From Pelomyxa schiedti (lineage: Eukaryota; Protista; Evosea), in contig JAHLWZ010000960.1 of the NCBI GenBank assembly GCA_020536535.1, positions 1-37,939 on the forward strand: a stretch of DNA of 37,939 nt, given 5' to 3'. The position numbers and the translations under genes were made by a program. Below the pieces are notes generated by a model, which was not told the origin of the DNA, made no database searches, and was given only the letters and a program-made list of their open reading frames with translations. Of this stretch, positions 31,777 through 37,939 are shown piece after piece. Within the stretch, counting starts at the first letter, position 1. Each line of letters opens with the position of its first letter.

Positions 31777-33106
31777 TCAAAAAAGTCTCTTCTTCAGAAT
31801 CGAAATTGGACACCTTGAGCTTATTGTGGAGGAGTATGTCCTGTCTGCAGTGAAAAAAATAGTGGGGTTGTTGGCTACAGGAATAAGAATCTCGCCATTG
31901 CACCCACCCAGGAATCTTATGAGGAGCCCTTGAGGTAACTTTTCAAACTGAAGACTGCCCTTGCGCAACACCTTCCCATAACTCATTCCAGTATGACCAA
32001 CTACTGGGATAACGGCTGCTTGATCTGGTACTAGCAGGCTCTCAACTTCTTTCTGGTTTAATCTTGAAAACACCTTCCTGAAGTCAGTCTACAACCAGTA
32101 CCTTCAAACTAATATTTACGTATAATTTTAATTAACAATCTCTTTGTACACTTCAGGGAGTCAAATCCCATCCAATAATAAAGTCATTATGCAATGTAGT
32201 ACATTTACATTAAAATAAGAAAACCTGTTGCCAGTTCTCATAACCCTGCCACAGCTTCCATGCACCATTTGACCATGGAGAAATGCTCAGGACCACACGC
32301 CCATCATCCCTCCACACATAAACAAGTGGCAGGCTGTCACCCATCATTGGATCCCGCCCAGGCTGATTGGCTGCCAAGTGCCACATCTCCCTCCCCACCT
32401 GCACATCGTATCCCATCCTGGTCTCCAACTCCACAGGGGAGGCAGAGCACCGCAGCAGCAGGCGGCACACAGGTTCAATGAAGTGAGGTGGCAGGGCGTG
32501 GAGCCTGTGCGCACCACAGCGAGGGTGGTGGAGAAGGAGCAGGGCCAGTGACTGCTGCCCACAGTAGCCCAGAGTGGTCATGCGCCCTTGTGATTTTGGC
32601 CTGGAGAATGGGAGTGGTGGGGCACAGGGAGGGGGACCTGCAGCTGCGGGAACAGCCAGCGGTGATGGTGGTGGTGGTGGTACTTTTGAGTGTGAGGAAT
32701 AAACAGCCTTGAGTTTTGCTGTGGACAGGGGTGAATGGGATTGGGTAGTCTGGTGATCTGATGAAGACCCCATTGCCGATGGGTTCCCCGTGGTGTGCAA
32801 GGGCGAAGGAGGTGTTTGACTCTGATGATTGGATGAACAGCCCACTGTTGGTGGCTTTACATCTATTATCCCTGCTTGCGTTGTGCATAGCTCAGATAGG
32901 GCAGACACCACATTGCCCTGTAGTTCGTTTGGTGTAACATAAAATGCCAAGCAAGCAGTTTATTTCAAGGGGAGATTAGAAATGACACGCACGTTGTGGT
33001 TCTGGAGGCACCTTGTCGCCCTGGACCTCGTCACGTCACTGAACTGCGACATGATGAGCTCCACGTCGGTGGTTCTCAAAACAGTCTTGCATGACGCTTC
33101 TGTCAT
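31777..33106 (-). CDS. Protein with an N-terminal NAC-alpha/HYPK-type UBA domain, a Pro/Ser linker, an HPRCG/F-box-like motif and an unknown C-terminal domain
   Basis: Spliced TDVELIMSQFSDVTRSRATRCLQNHN|GNVVSALSEL resembles the NAC-alpha UBA ([29 protein letters not shown]). It is followed by LLHHPRCGAHRLHALPPHFIEPVCRLLL. The 3' exon structure is uncertain. Confidence 0.7.
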
Positions 33107-33321
33107 CCTCTTCGTCGGTTGATTGTTGTTATCGGTGTAACTCCCAAAAAAAATTTCCGGTAAGAACAACAATCACGGATCTTGGCGGCGGGTTATTATG
33201 AATATTAGGGTAGGGTGCTAGCACTCATTCACCATCACCTGTTTTATTTATTTATTGTTTTGGGCTCAATCTAGTTCTAATTGAAAATTCAACCTATTTC
33301 TTCTGCTTGGGAGTAAGAGCT

Positions 33322-35222
33322 CTAGAGGTCAGAGGGCCAGGTTGGAGGGTATAACTTTTGATTGACAACCTCTATACCCCAGTATTCTTGAAGCTCTCTA
33401 GTGGCACATCTCTGTGCGAAGGTACTAAGAGAGGCAACAACGCACCCACCTGTGATTGGTTCGTTTGGAGGTCATTTCCAAAGAATAATAAATAAAGTAA
33501 GATAGGTAACCTAGCCAAGCAGCATAAGCTCTGCTTGGATGAGCTATCACTCTGACCTAGGTAAAAACCCATTACATATGGCTTTGTTTCAGGATTGTAG
33601 ATGGCTGAACCTTGGTGCCGGGATGGCAAAGCTGGGTAATTTCTTTGGTGAGCCGATTATGGAATCCGGGAAAGAGAGAGTTTCCACCGGCAAGTACTAT
33701 TGGAGAAGGTCAAAAAGGATGAGCCGTGATATAAAGTTACAGAGACACCGGTATTTTGGAACATTAGTTTTTGGAGCTCAGTCTGGCAACTGCTTATTGC
33801 ATTATGGCACATGATTTGAATGCCTTCCTTTGGAGAAGTATAAGTTGCGTATTGGGTATCGTAATTCTTAATCAATGTTGGTGTGAACATTGGTTCCGGG
33901 ATCCTTCATTTGGGTTAACTAATTGTTAAAGCTATAGTTTGTGTAAAACTGTATCAATTCAGGGCCGAGGTCAACTGTTTCACCATCAGGAAGCGAATAA
34001 GTCCTTCGTTCTTTCACCTTCAAAAAAGAATAAAAAATATTTGCGGCAATGTGGATTGTATACCTGCACCTCAGGTAGAAAATGTTGGGCCACATAAGCC
34101 AGATTGTGCTTTATGTACTGAAGTTGTGGAACCCGCAACTCTTCTTGTAGATCTCTCAAGTGTTGAGAGATATCTCGCCCACCCAAGGCCATCTTCTTGC
34201 AACTTGATGTGAGAATTTGACCTTGTTTTAACTGTAAGAAGCTTGTGCAAAATGACACAGCACAAATACCTTCAAAAATAGGTATTGCTCTTGTGATATT
34301 TTCACCACAGTCCACGACAAGGCCAGATGTTCTTCCAGTTGAATAGAGAGCCAATAGTGCTGATGGTGCAAAGAACACAGCAGGACAGCTATCTCCTAGT
34401 ATATCATGAGCTAATTCTTGCCAGTTCCTTGATTCCATTCCAAGTGGTTCAGCAAAGACGACTGGGTGATCACTGGTTGCACCAAGGAATTTAAGACCCT
34501 GTTCAAACATCTTTTTGAACCGATTTGTTAGTTATTATTCAATTGCACCTTGAGGAAACCCTCAAACCTCCGTTGTGAGACTACGTAGCATGCAGTCTCG
34601 TCCATAAAACAAGTACTTGTTGATGCCAACGCACTTACCCCAATAAAAGGTTTGCTCCGGCAAATACCCCTGATGGTGCGGGAATGAATGAACAGACTCA
34701 ACATCAAAAGGTGGCAATTCATTGTTACTGTAGCCAACTCTGGTCCTGCCGGAACCAATGTCGGCGATAACTGCCGGTCTGAATCCACCTTTGTTCCATG
34801 ACTCTGCCCAGTTTGCAACCTCTGAAGTCGCACTCAACTCAGACAGTTGTCCACATGTTACATTCTCCTCAGTTCCGCTCACATCAATAACATTGTTCAC
34901 AATTCCCTGATCCACAGTAACGCAGGGCCTGCTATCTATTCAGGGGGAAAAACAAACAAACAAAAAAAAAAAGAAAAATGTCTCCAAATAGTTAATACTC
35001 GAACATTAAACACACACAAAATTTCAAACCGAGAAGTAGAGGAGGAGGAGAAGTTGACCAACCGTCGTGGCACCATTTGCCGTCGACCACGAACTTGTAC
35101 TGATGGCGACCCGGAGGCAAGGACACACGCAGCGACGGCGTCGGGTCACAAAACCACCGCCGGAGCATCTGTCGACGCTCCCAGTTTGTGAAGCTGCCCG
35201 CCAGCTCCACATTCATGGCCAT
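33322..35222 (-). CDS. Actin-related protein fused to an N-terminal AMPK-beta-type glycogen-binding domain (CBM48)
   Basis: CBM48: VELAGSFTNW..VSLPPGRHQYKFVVDGKWCHD|DSRPCVTVDQGIVNNVIDV. Actin fold: AVIADIGSGRTRVG, HPVVFAEP, AVFFAPSALLALYSTGRTSGLVVDCGE..IPIFEG, LGGRDIS, TYSLPDGETV, IPEPMFTP, VLAGGNSLFPG..RL.KE, AYAAWLGGCVVASLSTF. The start may lie further upstream (about 35394). Confidence 0.88.
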
Positions 35223-35987
35223 TCCCCCCTCAGCCCCGTTGGTAATCCGCTCCGGCGCTGCGAACAAAACCCGCCCGTTCCCCCTGGGTGGTGCCTGAAT
35301 TTGTTCATTGTGTTTGAAAATTAGCGGAGGATGATATTCACAGCTTGCACGAGCGAGACATTATGTAAGTAAAGTCAGTCATACTCTGTACCATGTAATT
35401 ATTCACAGGGTCTGTGTGATCCAGACGACTGTGCACATAAGGCAGCTGCCTTTCCTTGTTGAATCTGTAATATGTACAATACCCTATGTCGTTAATGCAG
35501 TACTAACTCCTCTAGGTGCTGCTGCTGAGGCAACCAAGCATTATATGTGAACCAAAGAATTATTCAACCAGAGCTACAGTCCTGTCTTATGTTGCCAGCT
35601 CTAAATACACCGAAAATTTACTCAATTCTCTCCCGCCACATAAGAACTGCACAACAGACTATGCCCCTTGCCTCCCTGCCCATGATGCCTGCATGGGACC
35701 GCAACACTGCAATAATCCCACCCTCAAATCCCACAACAACTACAACATCCACTCCAAGCCTTCTGAGCCAAATTCATTATTTCCATTCCTGAGCCTCAGT
35801 CTCAAGTACTGTTCATAAAATGCATTTTGGTCTCACACATTTTACAGAGCCACTGACGCAAATGAGCAGAACAGCATTACATTTGCCATAGCCGGGTTTC
35901 TCATGCAACCCATATTAGTTCTTACTAATCGTGGGCAGGTATGGAACTTTTTCACAGTACTTCTCCAAACTTGTTCTGAGAATATAA
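35215..35987 (+). CDS. Putative spliced orphan gene, head-to-head and overlapping with the CBM48-actin gene
   Basis: Candidate introns 35288-35324, 35365-35408 (GTAAGT..CACAG) and 35467-35515 (GTAAT..CTAAC..CTAG) keep one reading frame from ATG 35215. Further consensus introns follow near 35806-35847 and 35896-35938. No homology was recognised. Confidence 0.4.
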
Positions 35988-37666
35988 CATATTATAACCC
36001 AAGACCACACTTATCCCAGACTCCACCAAAAATCTTTACGAAAACAAGAACTTCAATAAGTTACCAAGTAAAAAAGACCTTGCCAAGGTACAGCCGAAGC
36101 ACAATTAAAGTCGATGTACATAACCATCCCCCAGGATATATGTTGCCGGCTATTTAGCACATTACGTGTTACACTATTGTATTGTGTGACGAGGAAACGA
36201 TGCCTCCGACTCAAGCGGAGTCGGAACGACATAAGAAACTGCTAGCTGAGGGTTGTAGTCACTCAAACTGTAACTACCACACAAACCACTTGCACGAGTC
36301 CCACATCAAGGGAGTGTGGAAGTTATCAAGCAGTTCTCTTCCAGTCATCTCTGTAAAGGAATAGTCTGCATTGACCTAGGTTAGGTTCTTTTTTCTTTCT
36401 GCAACGATTTTATGTCTATCTTATGTTCTCGTGGGTGAAATATAATGAAGTTCCAGTATTATTCAAAAACTTAAACAAGTATTTTAAAATACTGTCTTTT
36501 AACATGTTAGTGCTGATAATGCTGAAGAGGAGTGAGGTGCATTAAATGCCTTTCTTGGCTTTGTGGCTCCTGTCAAACTTGAGTTTGACATACATTCATC
36601 AAAGTCGGACACATCACTTTCCTGTGTTCGACTTGGTGATTTGATTTCCAACCTCCATAACTGGTGCTTGAGTGCTTTTCTGTCTGTAGAACAAAATGGG
36701 ACCCAGACACCCTGTGTGCTTCTGTGGGGATGTGTAGTTCAGTGTGTGACGAGAAAGCAGAGAACAAGAACGAGATCAAGAAAGGATTCTATTATTTGTT
36801 CTGTTTTGTTGTTTGTTTTGATTTATGAGGTTTGGGTCGTGATTCTAAGGTCGGAGTGTGTCGGGCTTATAAGGACTCGAAAACGACTTGAAATCGAGGT
36901 GAACGATCAGGTAGATTTCCGCGAACTTGATTTCCTAAGATGTCAGCTCCGAGTGCTGACTCAGCAGGTCAGTCTCAGTGTTCGTGCTCGCGCTCGCAGA
37001 GAGTTTGCTTGTGTATTCTACTGAATCACACAACCCAACCAACACAATTCCAATCAAACTTTACACAACCCATCTTTCTGGTACCAATGCACATCCCATA
37101 ATTCTGGTAGAGAAAAAAAAAGGAGGTTCTTAAGATAAAAACTGAGAAGAAAACAGGGCTTCCCCCCCCAAATAAGTTCAAATACATTGCATTGGAGTGA
37201 TGTAAGACCTCTTTTGGGTTTCTAACTAATGTCTCAATGACTTGTTACCTTATTTGGCGACATAAACCCAACAAACAACAACAGGATTTTTATTGAAATT
37301 TGTTTTTGGTACAGTTACCATACCAGGCAACTAACATGTACATGCCCATCTTCTGGCACGTCTGTGCGCTGGGCGGCATCTACCTCTGGAGACTGGTGAT
37401 GCGACACTCGGATTCGATCGATCAAACATATTCGGGAAACAAAGCCCAGGTGCCAGGGAAAAGCGCTCGTCACCTCCATTCCGCCAGAGCCCAATCCAGT
37501 GCATTGGGGAACCCGCCTCCCATGAGGGTTCTGTAGCCACCGCGGCCTTTTTTGGCTGGCACTATCACTTTGCTGACGAAAACGCCAATGAGGGTCCACA
37601 GCGCAGCCAATTGGACCCGGGGCCAGGCATCCTCTGCTGCCTTGCCCAACGCAGGGCCTCCCATGG

Positions 37667-37795
37667 TTGCGGTACATGCCACTCCACAACAAGTTGGAGG
37701 TACACGACGAAGTCTAGTAACTATTTGCTCCACTCAACAAAGAAAATAGTTACTAGACTTGAGTCCCCATTGCCTCTGAGTGGCATGTACCGCAA
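37667..37795. repeat. 129-nt nested inverted repeat (fold-back hairpin)
   Basis: Perfect 18-bp outer arms (37667-37684 TTGCGGTACATGCCACTC / 37778-37795) and perfect 17-bp inner arms (37710-37726 AAGTCTAGTAACTATTT / 37744-37760) around a 17-nt loop. Confidence 0.9.
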
Positions 37796-37939
37796 AAAAA
37801 ATCACATGCCACGTAAAAAACCTGGCAACCACGCCAACCACCTCGTTGTTGTAAACACAAGTCATCTTTCCAAACCCTCCTGCCGCACTTCCTTGTGGAG
37901 GTGTCACACCCACACTGCCTCGATTTTTAGCTTAGACCG

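Noticed and set aside
36205-36225. 8-bp GC-rich stem-loop TCCGACTC-AAGCG-GAGTCGGA
   Set aside because: Short enough to occur by chance in 38 kb, with no supporting context.
36182-37536. Small ORFs (36182..36364, 36563..37024, 37315..37692, 37300..37536)
   Set aside because: No recognisable homology and no consistent splice model could be built, so they are left unannotated.
1-37939. Possibility that the contig is prokaryotic (endosymbiont) or viral, or contains tRNA/rRNA/transposase
   Set aside because: There are abundant spliceosomal introns and eukaryote-specific genes (ZNF830, TBC, DH-PH, actin fold). No tRNA cloverleaf, rRNA or transposase/RT motif was recognised by eye; tRNAscan-SE, Rfam and RepeatModeler runs would be needed to be definitive.

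Overview
Gene-dense eukaryotic (protist) genomic DNA with many short spliceosomal introns (about 40-100 nt, GT..AG, often with a CTAAC/CTAAT branch point) and the standard genetic code. The gene families (expanded Cys-rich Sel1 proteins, PINK1-like and TKL kinases, intronless 'ARxQF..HPRCG' proteins) resemble what I recall from the anaerobic archamoeba Pelomyxa; this is an inference, not a search result. About 18 genes or pseudogenes were reconstructed by hand. They include four members of one intronless uncharacterised family (one a pseudogene), an ankyrin/coiled-coil/ubiquitin-like/TKL kinase, a DH-PH RhoGEF with two predicted TM helices, a decayed ankyrin-kinase, three Sel1-repeat genes (one carrying only a kinase N-lobe), a ZNF830 homologue, two large disordered proteins, a TBC Rab-GAP, a NAC/HYPK-type UBA protein, and an actin-related protein fused to an AMPK-beta-type glycogen-binding CBM48 domain. 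The best candidates for novelty are the CBM48-actin fusion, the putative F-box-like HPRCG adaptor family, the kinase-N-lobe/Sel1 fusion, an overlapping head-to-head gene pair, and a 129-nt nested hairpin. No rRNA, tRNA, CRISPR array or transposase was recognised. One 100-N scaffold gap is flanked by a duplicated 121-bp overlap. All exon/intron models are manual and unverified by RNA data.
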